Source: Bacteroidota bacterium (lineage in GTDB: Bacteria; Bacteroidota; Ignavibacteria; Ignavibacteriales; SURF-24). Taken from it: a stretch of DNA of 64,000 nucleotides. Location: positions 6,538-70,537 of the forward strand of contig JAUZPB010000010.1 in assembly GCA_030706145.1 (NCBI GenBank), in the 5' to 3' direction. Within the stretch, counting starts at the first letter, position 1; each line of letters begins with the position of its first letter. Below, piece by piece: positions 43,865 to 53,187 of this stretch. The notes under the pieces are model-generated. The model was not told the DNA's origin and did not search any database. It was given only the letters and a program-made list of their open reading frames with translations. Position numbers and translations under genes: made by a program.

Positions 43865-45238
43865 TTATTCTTCAATTTCTTTGGGAGCTTTTGTTGGAAT
43901 GTCCAATTCCTCCATTTTTCTGTATAAAGAAGACAGACCTATGTTAAGGGCCTTTGCAGCTTCTTCCTTATCATAGTCATACTTTCTAATAGTTTTAGTT
44001 ATATGGTCCCTTTCAAAAATCTTAAGTGCATCTTTTAATGAATCAGGGAAATTTTCATTAAATGTATTTCCCTTCAGATAATCCGACAGGTCGTTTACAG
44101 TTATAGTTTCATCTGGAGCAAAAATAATAGCTCTTTCAATTACGTTTTCCAATTCTCTTACGCCACCTCGCCAGTCATGGCTCATCAGGAGGCGCATAGT
44201 TTCGTTGTCAACTCCGACGATCTTCCTGCCCATTTCTGCCCGGAACTTCTCAATAAAGTGGTTGACCAGAACAGGAATATCCTCTCTTCTTTCATTTAAT
44301 GAAGGAAGTTTAATCTCAACGACATTCAATCTGTAGTAGAGGTCTTCTCTGAACTCACCAGTCTTTGTCTTTTCATAAAGGTTTTGGTTAGTGGCTGCAA
44401 TAATTCTTACGTTAGTACTAACTGGTCTAGTAGCCCCCACGGGAATAAATTGTCTATCCTCAAGAACTCTAAGGAGTTTTACCTGAAGGTTAAGAGGCAG
44501 ATCACCAATTTCATCTAGAAAAATAGTTCCTCCATCGGCAACCTTAAAGAGTCCAAGTTTATCTTCAGTAGCACCTGTAAAAGCTCCTTTTTTATGGCCG
44601 AAGAGTTCACTTTCGATCAGGTTTTCTGATATAGCGCCGCAGTTAACCGGAAGAAATATCTGGTCTTTTCTTGGACCATTATAGTGGATTGCCTTTGCGA
44701 CCAATTCCTTACCAGTACCGCTTTTACCCACAATAAGCACGTTACTATTGGTCTGTGAGACGCGGTGAATAAGGTCAAAGACCCTTTTCATAGAATCACT
44801 TTTGCCAATTATGTTCTGAAAGCCTGATTCAGCAGAGAGTCGCTGTCTTAAGGATTTATTCTCATTTGCGAGTTTTTTATAAGAAATTAGTCTTTTAAGA
44901 CGGAGAATAACGTCATCAAATTCCACAGGTTTAATAAAGTAATCATATGCTCCTTCGCGCAGGGCTTCAATTGCCGTATTAACTGAAGCATAGGCTGTCA
45001 TTATGATAAAAAAAGTATCCGGCGAGATATGATTTGCTTTTCTAAGCAGTTCAATGCCATCTAGTTTGGGCATTTTAATATCTGTAATTACAACGTCATA
45101 GTTTTCCAGTTTTAATTTTTCAAGTGCTTCTTCACCGTCGGCTGCAGTATCAGACCTGTAGCCTTCATCCCTTAGGACAAGTTCAAGTGATTCGCGAATT
45201 GCTTTTTCATCATCAACAATTAGCACTTTTACTGACAT
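43865..45238 (-). CDS. NtrC/AtoC-family sigma54-dependent response regulator
   Basis: Receiver (VDDE, DIKMP, KP), AAA+ (GKSGTGKE, GAFTGA, DEIG, REDLYYRL), Fis-type HTH; GGAG before ATG 45238. Confidence 0.95.
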   Translation of the reverse strand: MSVKVLIVDDEKAIRESLELVLRDEGYRSDTAADGEEALEKLKLENYDVVITDIKMPKLDGIELLRKANHISPDTFFIIMTAYASVNTAIEALREGAYDYFIKPVEFDDVILRLKRLISYKKLANENKSLRQRLSAESGFQNIIGKSDSMKRVFDLIHRVSQTNSNVLIVGKSGTGKELVAKAIHYNGPRKDQIFLPVNCGAISENLIESELFGHKKGAFTGATEDKLGLFKVADGGTIFLDEIGDLPLNLQVKLLRVLEDRQFIPVGATRPVSTNVRIIAATNQNLYEKTKTGEFREDLYYRLNVVEIKLPSLNERREDIPVLVNHFIEKFRAEMGRKIVGVDNETMRLLMSHDWRGGVRELENVIERAIIFAPDETITVNDLSDYLKGNTFNENFPDSLKDALKIFERDHITKTIRKYDYDKEEAAKALNIGLSSLYRKMEELDIPTKAPKEIEE

Positions 45239-45258
45239 TTTATTCTCCAAAAATAATG

Positions 45259-46764
45259 TTATTCATTTCCCTGATAGATAGGAATTTTTAGAGTAAAGCA
45301 ACTACCTTTGCCTACTTCACTTGTAACGAGGATATCGCCCTTAAATTTCTTCATTATTCCGTAGCTAACAGATAAGCCAAGTCCTGTACCTTTACCGACT
45401 TCTTTTGTAGTAAAGAAGGGGTCAAAAATCTTACCAAGTGTTTCTTTATCCATTCCGCATCCGTTGTCACATATCTCGACAAATACAGAGGTTTTATCAT
45501 GCTTGGAAATAACTTCAATTTCCCCTTCGCCATTAATTGCATCAAGAGCATTAAAGAGTATATTAATGAAGACCTGAAGGAGCTGATCTGGGACGATGTA
45601 AATTCCCGGTAGATCTGGGTCAAGTTGTGTCTCAAACTTCACATTTTTCACACGTTTATCATATTTAACGATACCAAGGGCTGTTTTTACCACGTCGTTA
45701 ATCTGAATAAACTGTTTTTCGTGTCCAGGCGGTCTTGAAAAATCGACCAGTTCGCGTACAATCTTAGAAATTCTGTCTATGTTAAGCTTTATATTTACCA
45801 GTTGTTCAGCAAAAAGACTATCTGCCGACCGGCGTTGAAGTATTTGAACAATGGAAGAAATAGCAGCCAGTGGATTTCCAATCTCATGGGCAACTCCGGC
45901 GGCAAGCTGGCCAATTACAGCAAGTTTTTCAGATTGATCGATTTGTTGCTGCAATCTTTTAACTTCTGTAAAATCCTTTATAATAACGGACCGTCCTGTA
46001 TACTGGCCATCATTACTTGGAAGAAGAGTAACGTTCAATTCGACAGAAACAATTTTTCCGAGCTTGGTCAGCCTTTCAGTTTCCTGTATTTTCGCATAAC
46101 CGGTTCTTTTTACTTCTTCTTTTATAAATTCCAGTTCTTTAAAATACTTTTCTTCCTTAGGAAGAAGCAGTGTAGAGGGCTGCCCTAGAACTTCTGACTC
46201 TTTATAGCCAAATATAATTTCAGCACCTTTATTCCACGCTATATATTTCTCATCATTATCGATGAGCATAATGGCAGAGTCAGATGTGTGGAGAATGTTT
46301 TTCAGGTATTGCTGATTAATTTCAAATTTGAGTGCAAGTCTGTCACGATCAAGAGAAATCTCTTTCATCTGAGTTTCCTGGCGGAGCATGCTATAACGAG
46401 CAAAAAGCTGCTCGATTATCTCCTCAACAAACTCAGCAAGTATAGCAGGGTCGTACCCGGAATCTTTATCCTTATCAATATAATGCAGAATTGGGAGCCT
46501 TCCCATATTAAAGAGCTCACTTACTTCAAGAAGGTTCAAGTCTGCATTTTCGAAGAGGTTATAAAGATCGATAAGGTAAACATCGACCGAAGAATAATCT
46601 GTTCTTTCAATAATCTGAATAATTGCTTCAAGTGTATTTTGAACAAAAAGGGAGATTTGATAGCGTGAGAGCTTACCTTCAAATATCTTAAGAAGAGCAG
46701 ATACCCAGCTTTCCTTAATGGAATCAAAATTCTTAATTAATAATTCTAAGATTATTTTTTTCAT
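45259..46764 (-). CDS. Cytoplasmic PAS sensor histidine kinase with helical N-terminal domain
   Basis: PAS (WNKGAE.IFGY), H-box AHEIGNP, N-box NALDA, DNGCG, FFTTK, GTGLGL; no TM helix. Confidence 0.93.
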   Translation of the reverse strand: MKKIILELLIKNFDSIKESWVSALLKIFEGKLSRYQISLFVQNTLEAIIQIIERTDYSSVDVYLIDLYNLFENADLNLLEVSELFNMGRLPILHYIDKDKDSGYDPAILAEFVEEIIEQLFARYSMLRQETQMKEISLDRDRLALKFEINQQYLKNILHTSDSAIMLIDNDEKYIAWNKGAEIIFGYKESEVLGQPSTLLLPKEEKYFKELEFIKEEVKRTGYAKIQETERLTKLGKIVSVELNVTLLPSNDGQYTGRSVIIKDFTEVKRLQQQIDQSEKLAVIGQLAAGVAHEIGNPLAAISSIVQILQRRSADSLFAEQLVNIKLNIDRISKIVRELVDFSRPPGHEKQFIQINDVVKTALGIVKYDKRVKNVKFETQLDPDLPGIYIVPDQLLQVFINILFNALDAINGEGEIEVISKHDKTSVFVEICDNGCGMDKETLGKIFDPFFTTKEVGKGTGLGLSVSYGIMKKFKGDILVTSEVGKGSCFTLKIPIYQGNE

Positions 46765-47930
46765 TATACAAAAAATACTTTTGCTATATCAAAAAGCAGT
46801 GATGGCTGATTAATAAGTGCAGTCCGGCAAAGATTTCCGAGTGTACGTTTTTCCATAGGTACTTTCAGAAACGAGTGAGCAAGGTTATTAAGTTTCTCAT
46901 CTGAAAAATTAAAGACCCCCTCTTTCAGGCGGTTACTAGCTTCATGTTTTTTGCCAACTTTTTCGTGCCATTCTTTATCATAGCTAAAAATGTGATCTGG
47001 TTTATTTGATAAAATAGATTCGGCAGCTATTCTTCCAGCAATTCTACCGCCTCTCATTCCACTAATAATTCCTCCGCCGGAGATGGGATTTACCTGGCGC
47101 GCAGCATCACCTACAAGCATGATTCCTGGTGCAGAGATCTTCTCTAGTGTAATTGAACAAGGGACCCCACCTGCAATTGAAGTCAGAACTGGGGCACCAG
47201 GAAAGTTTGTTTCCAGAAACTCATTCAGATATGACAGAGCCGAGCGGTTTTTCCCTACCAATCCACTTACACCCAGTCCAACATTTGCAGTTGAATCTCC
47301 TTTTGGAAAGACCCAAAGGTAACCATTTGGAGAGACATCCTTACCGAAGTAAAAATAACAGGTATCTGCTTTAACATTAATATTTGATATTGTAACCTGG
47401 GCACAAGACTCCATTTCTCTAAAATCAACATGTGTTTTAAGTCCAGCCCAGCGGCCTACGCGGGATTCAACCCCATCAGCAGCAATTACTACCTTTGCTT
47501 TTACCTGTTTTTGCTCACCCCTATGCTCGAATTTAACTCCGCAAACCTTATTACCATCAAAAAGTAATCCGTTTACATATGCCCTTGTAAGCACATCGGT
47601 TCCAAAGGAAGCAGCTTGTTTAGCAAGTTCATAGTCAAAAATTCTTCTTTCCAGCACAAATCCAGTAAATGGAAATTCAAGCACAACTTCTGTATTATCT
47701 GGTGCGAAAAGTGAGAATTTATTTATTTCAGAAGCAATCCATTTTTTATCTGGGCTAATAAATTCCTCAAGGCCAGCACTAACAACTGCTTCAGCACAAC
47801 GAACAGGATAGCCCACGTCGCGATCTTTCTCAAGGAGTAAAACAGAGACTCCCTTTTCAGCTGCAAACCTTGCAGCCATTGAGCCAGCTGGTCCTGCACC
47901 CACTACAACTATATCATATTGATCTTTCAT
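46764..47930 (-). CDS. Geranylgeranyl reductase family protein, archaeal DGGR-like
   Basis: GAGPAG, YPVRCAE, LERRIFD, AADGVES, PNGYLWVFP (PxxYxWxFP), GDAA, PISGGGI. Confidence 0.9.
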   Translation of the reverse strand: MKDQYDIVVVGAGPAGSMAARFAAEKGVSVLLLEKDRDVGYPVRCAEAVVSAGLEEFISPDKKWIASEINKFSLFAPDNTEVVLEFPFTGFVLERRIFDYELAKQAASFGTDVLTRAYVNGLLFDGNKVCGVKFEHRGEQKQVKAKVVIAADGVESRVGRWAGLKTHVDFREMESCAQVTISNINVKADTCYFYFGKDVSPNGYLWVFPKGDSTANVGLGVSGLVGKNRSALSYLNEFLETNFPGAPVLTSIAGGVPCSITLEKISAPGIMLVGDAARQVNPISGGGIISGMRGGRIAGRIAAESILSNKPDHIFSYDKEWHEKVGKKHEASNRLKEGVFNFSDEKLNNLAHSFLKVPMEKRTLGNLCRTALINQPSLLFDIAKVFFV

Positions 47931-48136
47931 ATCTTTTCCCTCTTTGCTGATGCGGCTTCCTTATTGAATTTTAACACTTCAAAAGGACAGCACCAAACAC
48001 ACTTTGCGCAATTTGTACAAAGCTCTTCAATTATTCTTATTTCAGCTTCTTTCAGCTCTATAGCGTCTTCAGGACATACACCAACACAACATCCACAGAA
48101 GTCACATTTATCAGGAAGTATCTCAATTAAAATCAT
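47927..48136 (-). CDS. 2x[4Fe-4S] ferredoxin
   Basis: Two CxxCxxCxxxCP motifs; ATGA overlap with the reductase. Confidence 0.93.
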   Translation of the reverse strand: MILIEILPDKCDFCGCCVGVCPEDAIELKEAEIRIIEELCTNCAKCVWCCPFEVLKFNKEAASAKREKI

Positions 48137-48176
48137 TAAATAGACAAGCCTTTTGAAAGTTATTAGAATTTTATCT

Positions 48177-48184
48177 CAAAATTA
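48177..48184 (-). promoter_or_regulatory. Bacteroidota-type -7 promoter element upstream of the ferredoxin/reductase operon
   Basis: TAATTTTG on the minus strand matches TAnnTTTG, about 40 nt before the ATG. Confidence 0.45.
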
Positions 48185-48292
48185 AGAATTTTTTTCCTGA
48201 AAGGATACCAAAATTGAAGGATATTTTATTTTTTCCATTTTTTGAGAAATAGAATAGAAAGTGCAATCTTGAACTATTAAGGTGTGGAAGTT

Positions 48293-48323
48293 AAATAGAG
48301 CAGAATAAAATTCCGCTCTATTT
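48293..48323 (-). terminator. Terminator of the his operon
   Basis: AAATAGAGCAGAAT-AAA-ATTCCGCTCTATTT inverted repeat; the one mismatch is a G-U pair on the minus transcript. Confidence 0.75.
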
Positions 48324-48362
48324 TCAGTAAGAATTGGAGTTAATACTTAAAAAGGCGCTGTT

Positions 48363-48986
48363 TTATTTATTGTGCCTTTTTTCAAGATTACTGACTATTT
48401 CAGAAAATTCAATATCCTGTTCAGCCAGCATTACAAATAAATGGTAAACAAGATCGGAAACTTCATTTACGATCTCAAATTTATCGCGATTTTTTGCTGC
48501 AATAACTGTTTCAATAGCCTCTTCACCTACTTTTTGGATTATGCGGTTTGTTCCTCTTTGGAAGAGTTTTGTTGTATAAGAATTCTCCGGAAGCTCCTTT
48601 TTTCTAGTCTTTATTAAAGAAAAAAGGTCGCTTAAAAAGTCTAATTCCCCTTTTGCATTCGAATCATGTTTTTCTATACCGAAGCAGGAATAATTACCAT
48701 TATGACATGTATTGCCTACCGGATCAGCTGAAATAAGAAGTGAATCCAAATCGCAGTCGGCTTTAATTGAGACAAGTTTCAGAAAATTACCCGAGGTTTC
48801 TCCTTTTGTCCACAGGCGGTTTTTCGTCCTGCTAAAAAAGGTTACAAATCCTGTTTCTACTGTCTTTTCAAGTGCTTCCTTATTCATAAAGCCAAGCATA
48901 AGGACTTTATCAGTATTTACATCGTTTATAATTGCAGGTATTAAACCATTTAGCTTATTAAAGTCAAGTTTACTAGAATCTATCAT
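48363..48986 (-). CDS. hisIE: Bifunctional phosphoribosyl-AMP cyclohydrolase / phosphoribosyl-ATP pyrophosphatase
   Basis: LWTKGETSG, DCDLD, TCHNGNYSCF, SYT, QKVGEEAIE, DLVYH; start likely ATG 48986. Confidence 0.96.
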   Translation of the reverse strand: MIDSSKLDFNKLNGLIPAIINDVNTDKVLMLGFMNKEALEKTVETGFVTFFSRTKNRLWTKGETSGNFLKLVSIKADCDLDSLLISADPVGNTCHNGNYSCFGIEKHDSNAKGELDFLSDLFSLIKTRKKELPENSYTTKLFQRGTNRIIQKVGEEAIETVIAAKNRDKFEIVNEVSDLVYHLFVMLAEQDIEFSEIVSNLEKRHNK

Positions 48987-48987
48987 T

Positions 48988-49017
48988 TTATGTTCTCTCA
49001 AATTATGTTCTCTCAAA
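48988..49017. repeat. Perfect 15-bp tandem duplication covering the hisIE initiation region
   Basis: TTATGTTCTCTCAAA x2. Confidence 0.9.
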
Positions 49018-49102
49018 AAAAATAGAACGGACTTTTCCCCGTCCACAGTTTTGTAAAAAAAGTTTTTGGAAATAAATTAAATATGAATGTAGAGATCCTT
49101 TA

Positions 49103-49858
49103 CTACAATCTTACCTTTATTTCGTTATCCTTCAGGAAACCCTTTAATTTCTTGATTTCCAGGATATTAAAATGGAAAAGGCTAGCTGCAAGGCATGCAT
49201 CGACATTTGCAAACTTAAAAGCATCTAAAAAGTCCTCCATTTTCCCAGCTCCTCCGGAAGCAATTACAGGAATGCTGACTTGCTTTGTAAGTTCTTTCAG
49301 GAATTCAAGATCATAACCATCCTTCGTGCCATCTTTGTCCATTGAAGTCAAAAGGATTTCCCCAGCGCCCAGTTCTGCAGCCTTTATACACCATGGAAGC
49401 CCCTCGAGAGGTGTCTCTTCTCTACCGCCTTTTACAAAGACCTTATAAACTCCTGCAATTCGTTTGATGTCAATTGCAGCAACTATAGCCTGGCTTCCGA
49501 ATCTTTTGGAAGCCATTGTAATTAGATCCGGATTTTTAACAATAGAAGAATTAAGTGAAACCTTGTCGGCTCCAGCTTTCAGGAGCACTTCAATATCTGA
49601 AAGTTCTGATATTCCTCCTCCGACTGTAAAAGGTATTCTTATTGCTTTTGCAACTTTTTCAACAAGGGAGACAAGTGTTTTTCTTTTTTCTGCAGAAGCA
49701 GTAATATCCAAGAACACCAGCTCATCAGCACCTTCAGAGGTATATCTTTCAGCAAGTTCAACTGCATCACCTGCATCTACAAGGTTCACAAAGTTAGTGC
49801 CTTTTACAACTTTCCCGTCTTTTACATCCAGACATGGTATTATTCTCTTACTTACCAA
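49103..49858 (-). CDS. hisF: Imidazole glycerol phosphate synthase cyclase subunit
   Basis: [34 protein letters not shown]; TTG 49858 fits the GGAG spacing. Confidence 0.97.
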   Translation of the reverse strand: MVSKRIIPCLDVKDGKVVKGTNFVNLVDAGDAVELAERYTSEGADELVFLDITASAEKRKTLVSLVEKVAKAIRIPFTVGGGISELSDIEVLLKAGADKVSLNSSIVKNPDLITMASKRFGSQAIVAAIDIKRIAGVYKVFVKGGREETPLEGLPWCIKAAELGAGEILLTSMDKDGTKDGYDLEFLKELTKQVSIPVIASGGAGKMEDFLDAFKFANVDACLAASLFHFNILEIKKLKGFLKDNEIKVRL

Positions 49859-50567
49859 TTTTTGCAAGCTCCTTTAGATCAATTTTATTTTCATATATTG
49901 CCCTACCAACTACAACACCAAAGGCGTTAATGTTTAATACATTCTTAACATCATCTAAATCCTTAATGCCGCCAGAAGCTATTAGCTTTAAGTCAGTATA
50001 CTTAGAGAGAATATTCTTATATAGTGATATGTTCGTTCCCAGAAGAAGGCCATCTTTTGATATATCAGTGCATAAGAAACAATCAACTCCAAGGCTTCTG
50101 CAATAATCTATATGATCGTAGACAGTAAGTGAAGTTTTTTCAGTCCACCCTTTTACAGCTATCATTTCATCTTTAACGTCTGCTGCAACAATTATTTTAT
50201 CAGCGCCATAAGTTTTAATTATGTTTTCAAATTCACTTTTATTATTTACAGAAAGAGAGCCAATAATAACCTTATCTACACCGGAAGAGAGAAGGTCTTC
50301 TACATTTTTTTGTGAGCGGATACCACCGCCAAATTCAAGTGTCAGTTTAGTTGAAGATTTAATTTTCCTAATTATCTCCAAGACAGAGATATTGCCTGTT
50401 TTAGAGCCTGAAAGATCGACCATATGAAGATAATTAAAACCATTTTCCTCATAAATTGCTGCCTGTTGTTCAGGGCTTTGAGAATAATAACTAACCCGGT
50501 TAAAATCTCCTTCTTTAAGGCGCACGACTTTATTTTCGAAAATATCAATTGCTGGTATTACAATCAT
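49848..50567 (-). CDS. hisA: ProFAR isomerase
   Basis: IPAIDI, VVRL, GGGIR, TDISKDG, ASGG, GRAIY. Confidence 0.96.
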   Translation of the reverse strand: MIVIPAIDIFENKVVRLKEGDFNRVSYYSQSPEQQAAIYEENGFNYLHMVDLSGSKTGNISVLEIIRKIKSSTKLTLEFGGGIRSQKNVEDLLSSGVDKVIIGSLSVNNKSEFENIIKTYGADKIIVAADVKDEMIAVKGWTEKTSLTVYDHIDYCRSLGVDCFLCTDISKDGLLLGTNISLYKNILSKYTDLKLIASGGIKDLDDVKNVLNINAFGVVVGRAIYENKIDLKELAKIGK

Positions 50568-50588
50568 TCTAGTTTTGAGTATTTGTTT

Positions 50589-51173
50589 TTATAGATTAAG
50601 GAAATTCTGCAGAAGTTTTAGTCCAGCCTCAGCAGATTTTTCAGGGTGAAACTGCACCCCAAAGAAGTTATCTTTTTCAATTGCAGCTGTAAAATCGATT
50701 CCATGATTTGTCTTTGCAATTGTACTTTCTCCGAGCGGCATGTAAAAAGAATTTGCGAAATAGAAAAATTCGCCATCTTTTATGCCTTCAAAAAGTTTAG
50801 AAGGTTTTGTCTGAAAGACTTCATTCCATCCCATATGAGGGACATTAGTCTTTTCTGCATCAAACTTTTCAACTCTGCCAGGAATAATACCCAGGCAAGC
50901 AACGTTTCCCTCAGTTGAGAATTCGCACATTAGCTGCATTCCAAGGCAAATACCCAGCATAGGCTTTTTTACGATTCGAAGCAGGTTAAACAAGTTCGAC
51001 TTATGAAGTTGTTTAATTGCAAATGAAGCCTCGCCTACACCAGGAAAGATGACTTTCTGGGCCTTGCAGATATCAGATTCCTTATTTGTCAGTACATATT
51101 CTGCATTAAGGTTTTCCAGTGCATTTGCAACTGATGCAGTGTTTCCTGCACCGTAATCAATGAGTGCTATCAT
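50589..51173 (-). CDS. hisH: IGP synthase glutamine amidotransferase subunit
   Basis: IDYGAGN, PGVG, GICLGMQ, PHMGWN, QFHPEKS. Confidence 0.96.
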   Translation of the reverse strand: MIALIDYGAGNTASVANALENLNAEYVLTNKESDICKAQKVIFPGVGEASFAIKQLHKSNLFNLLRIVKKPMLGICLGMQLMCEFSTEGNVACLGIIPGRVEKFDAEKTNVPHMGWNEVFQTKPSKLFEGIKDGEFFYFANSFYMPLGESTIAKTNHGIDFTAAIEKDNFFGVQFHPEKSAEAGLKLLQNFLNL

Positions 51174-52141
51174 AATAATCCCTTTGTTGATGGCAATCTA
51201 TTTTGGGTTCTTTCATCCATTCTTAAAGCTTCATTAAGAGATTTAGCAAAAGCCTTAAAAAGGGCTTCGATCTTATGGTGATCATTTTTCCCTTTAGCCC
51301 TTAAATAAATATTTGCCTTAAGTCCAGAGGCCAGGCCGCGGAAAAATTCTTCTGTAAGTTCAGTCGGGAAATCGCCGACTTTTTCCCTATTGAATTTGCA
51401 TTTAAAATTCAAGAGGCTTCTTCCCCCAAGATCCAAAGCGCACTTAGCAACAGACTCATCCATAGGCAGAAGAAATCCATAGCGCTTAATTCCCCTTTTA
51501 TCCCCCAGGGCTTCACTTATTGCCAGACCCAGAGTTATACCTGTATCTTCGACTGTGTGGTGTTCATCTACAAATAGGTCACCATCTACATTAACATTTA
51601 GATCAAGGTTTGCATGTTTTGAAATTTGTTCAAGCATATGATCGAAGAAACCCACACCCGTTTTAATATTTGATTTTCCCTGTCCGTCAAGATTAACAGA
51701 GATATTTATTTTGGTCTCTTTAGTTTGTCTTTGCTTAGTTGAGGTTCTTAAAGACGTAAGTATTTTAGCTACTGCTTTTTCGAAACTATCAACTTCACTA
51801 TCGCAGCCAACAACAACAGATACCGGAACTGCAACAGGTAAGCTAACTTCAGGAGTCTTGGCAGATTCTACATTTTCCTGAACTTTTTTTGTAATTGCAG
51901 ACTTGCAAGAAGTAACCGAGAAGATACCATCAAACTGATCTAAGGTGTCTGTACTGTCAGTAGAGATTGTAATTTTTTCAAGAAGAAAGATTTTCTTTAA
52001 GATTTCGCTATGTTTACCGTTTATCTCATCGGTTACAAGAATAAATCCCTTTTCCCCAAGCCTTTTCAGGCCAGAGAAAAGTCCCTGACTTAAAGGAGAT
52101 TCAAGGTTAAAAAACTCTTTATCAATAATTACTTTGTACAT
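51170..52141 (-). CDS. hisB: Imidazoleglycerol-phosphate dehydratase with degenerate N-terminal phosphatase-derived domain
   Basis: R.TKET, GFFDHML, DEHHTVED, PMDE, NDHHKIE, PSTKG; about 130 extra N-terminal residues. Confidence 0.93.
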   Translation of the reverse strand: MYKVIIDKEFFNLESPLSQGLFSGLKRLGEKGFILVTDEINGKHSEILKKIFLLEKITISTDSTDTLDQFDGIFSVTSCKSAITKKVQENVESAKTPEVSLPVAVPVSVVVGCDSEVDSFEKAVAKILTSLRTSTKQRQTKETKINISVNLDGQGKSNIKTGVGFFDHMLEQISKHANLDLNVNVDGDLFVDEHHTVEDTGITLGLAISEALGDKRGIKRYGFLLPMDESVAKCALDLGGRSLLNFKCKFNREKVGDFPTELTEEFFRGLASGLKANIYLRAKGKNDHHKIEALFKAFAKSLNEALRMDERTQNRLPSTKGLL

Positions 52142-53187
52142 AATTCCTTTTTCAATAAGTCCAGAAATTTATTATTTTCATCAACTGTTCCAACAGAAAC
52201 TCTGAGGCAATTATCAAGCATATCATAAGAACTTCTGTCGCGGATGACAATTCCGCTTTCAGCCATATTCTTTTGAACCTCACTTGCTCTTTTACATTTA
52301 AAAAGGAGGTAATTAGCGTCGGATCTATAAACCTTCTCGACGCCTGGAACTTTCTTAAGCTCACTTATAATCCTTTCACGTTCTAAGACCAGTTGTTCAA
52401 CAAAAGATTTCTTCTGCTCAAAGTTAGCAATTGCATTTAATACGGCAGACCGAGTAAGAGAGTTAACATTATATGGAGCCTTGATCTTAAATAAAAAAGA
52501 GATAATTGATTCGTTTGCAATCGTAAAACCAAGTCTTACGCCAGCTAACCCCCATGCCTTTGAAAATGTCCTTAAAATTACAAGATTAGGATAATTATTT
52601 ACCTCCCCAATTAAGGAATTATCCCCTGAAAAATCAACATAAGCCTCATCGACAACTACAATTGAATTGTAATCATTGCACAGTTTCAGAAGATCCTGCT
52701 TTCTAATTAGGTTTCCAGTAGGATTATTAGGTGAGCAGGTAAAGATAATTTTAACGTTATCTTTATAGCTATTTTGAACGGCCTGAAAATCTATCTGAAA
52801 GTTTTCATCAAGATTCACAGAAATTGATTCGACATCGTTAACGTCAGCTGCCACTTTGTACATTCCATATGTAGGATCGAGTATCATAATGGCATCTTTT
52901 GCAGGGTTACAGAAAATTCTGATCAATAGATCAATAATTTCATCTGAACCAACTCCGAAGAAAAGATTTTTTGCATCAACAGACAGATATTTGCCAACGG
53001 CCTGTTTTAGGTCTACCTGATGAGGATCAGGATAGCGGTTTAGCTGAAGAGAATCAAAACCTTCGGCAGTAGAGCCAAGGCTGTTTTCATTTGCATCGAG
53101 TAAAATTCCATCTGAATATATATCCCTTGCACAAGTATATGGTTTTAGAGCAAGTATATTTTTTCTAACTAAGTCTTCTATTTTCAT
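52129..53187 (-). CDS. hisC: Histidinol-phosphate aminotransferase
   Basis: LDANEN, NRYPD, CSPNNPTG, DEAY, RTFSKAWGLAGVR. Confidence 0.96.
   Translation of the reverse strand: MKIEDLVRKNILALKPYTCARDIYSDGILLDANENSLGSTAEGFDSLQLNRYPDPHQVDLKQAVGKYLSVDAKNLFFGVGSDEIIDLLIRIFCNPAKDAIMILDPTYGMYKVAADVNDVESISVNLDENFQIDFQAVQNSYKDNVKIIFTCSPNNPTGNLIRKQDLLKLCNDYNSIVVVDEAYVDFSGDNSLIGEVNNYPNLVILRTFSKAWGLAGVRLGFTIANESIISFLFKIKAPYNVNSLTRSAVLNAIANFEQKKSFVEQLVLERERIISELKKVPGVEKVYRSDANYLLFKCKRASEVQKNMAESGIVIRDRSSYDMLDNCLRVSVGTVDENNKFLDLLKKELCTK

Noticed and set aside
46764-47930. Reductase as BchP/ChlP, implying phototrophy
   Set aside because: No bacteriochlorophyll genes nearby; motifs and ferredoxin pairing fit the archaeal DGGR type better, pending a phylogeny
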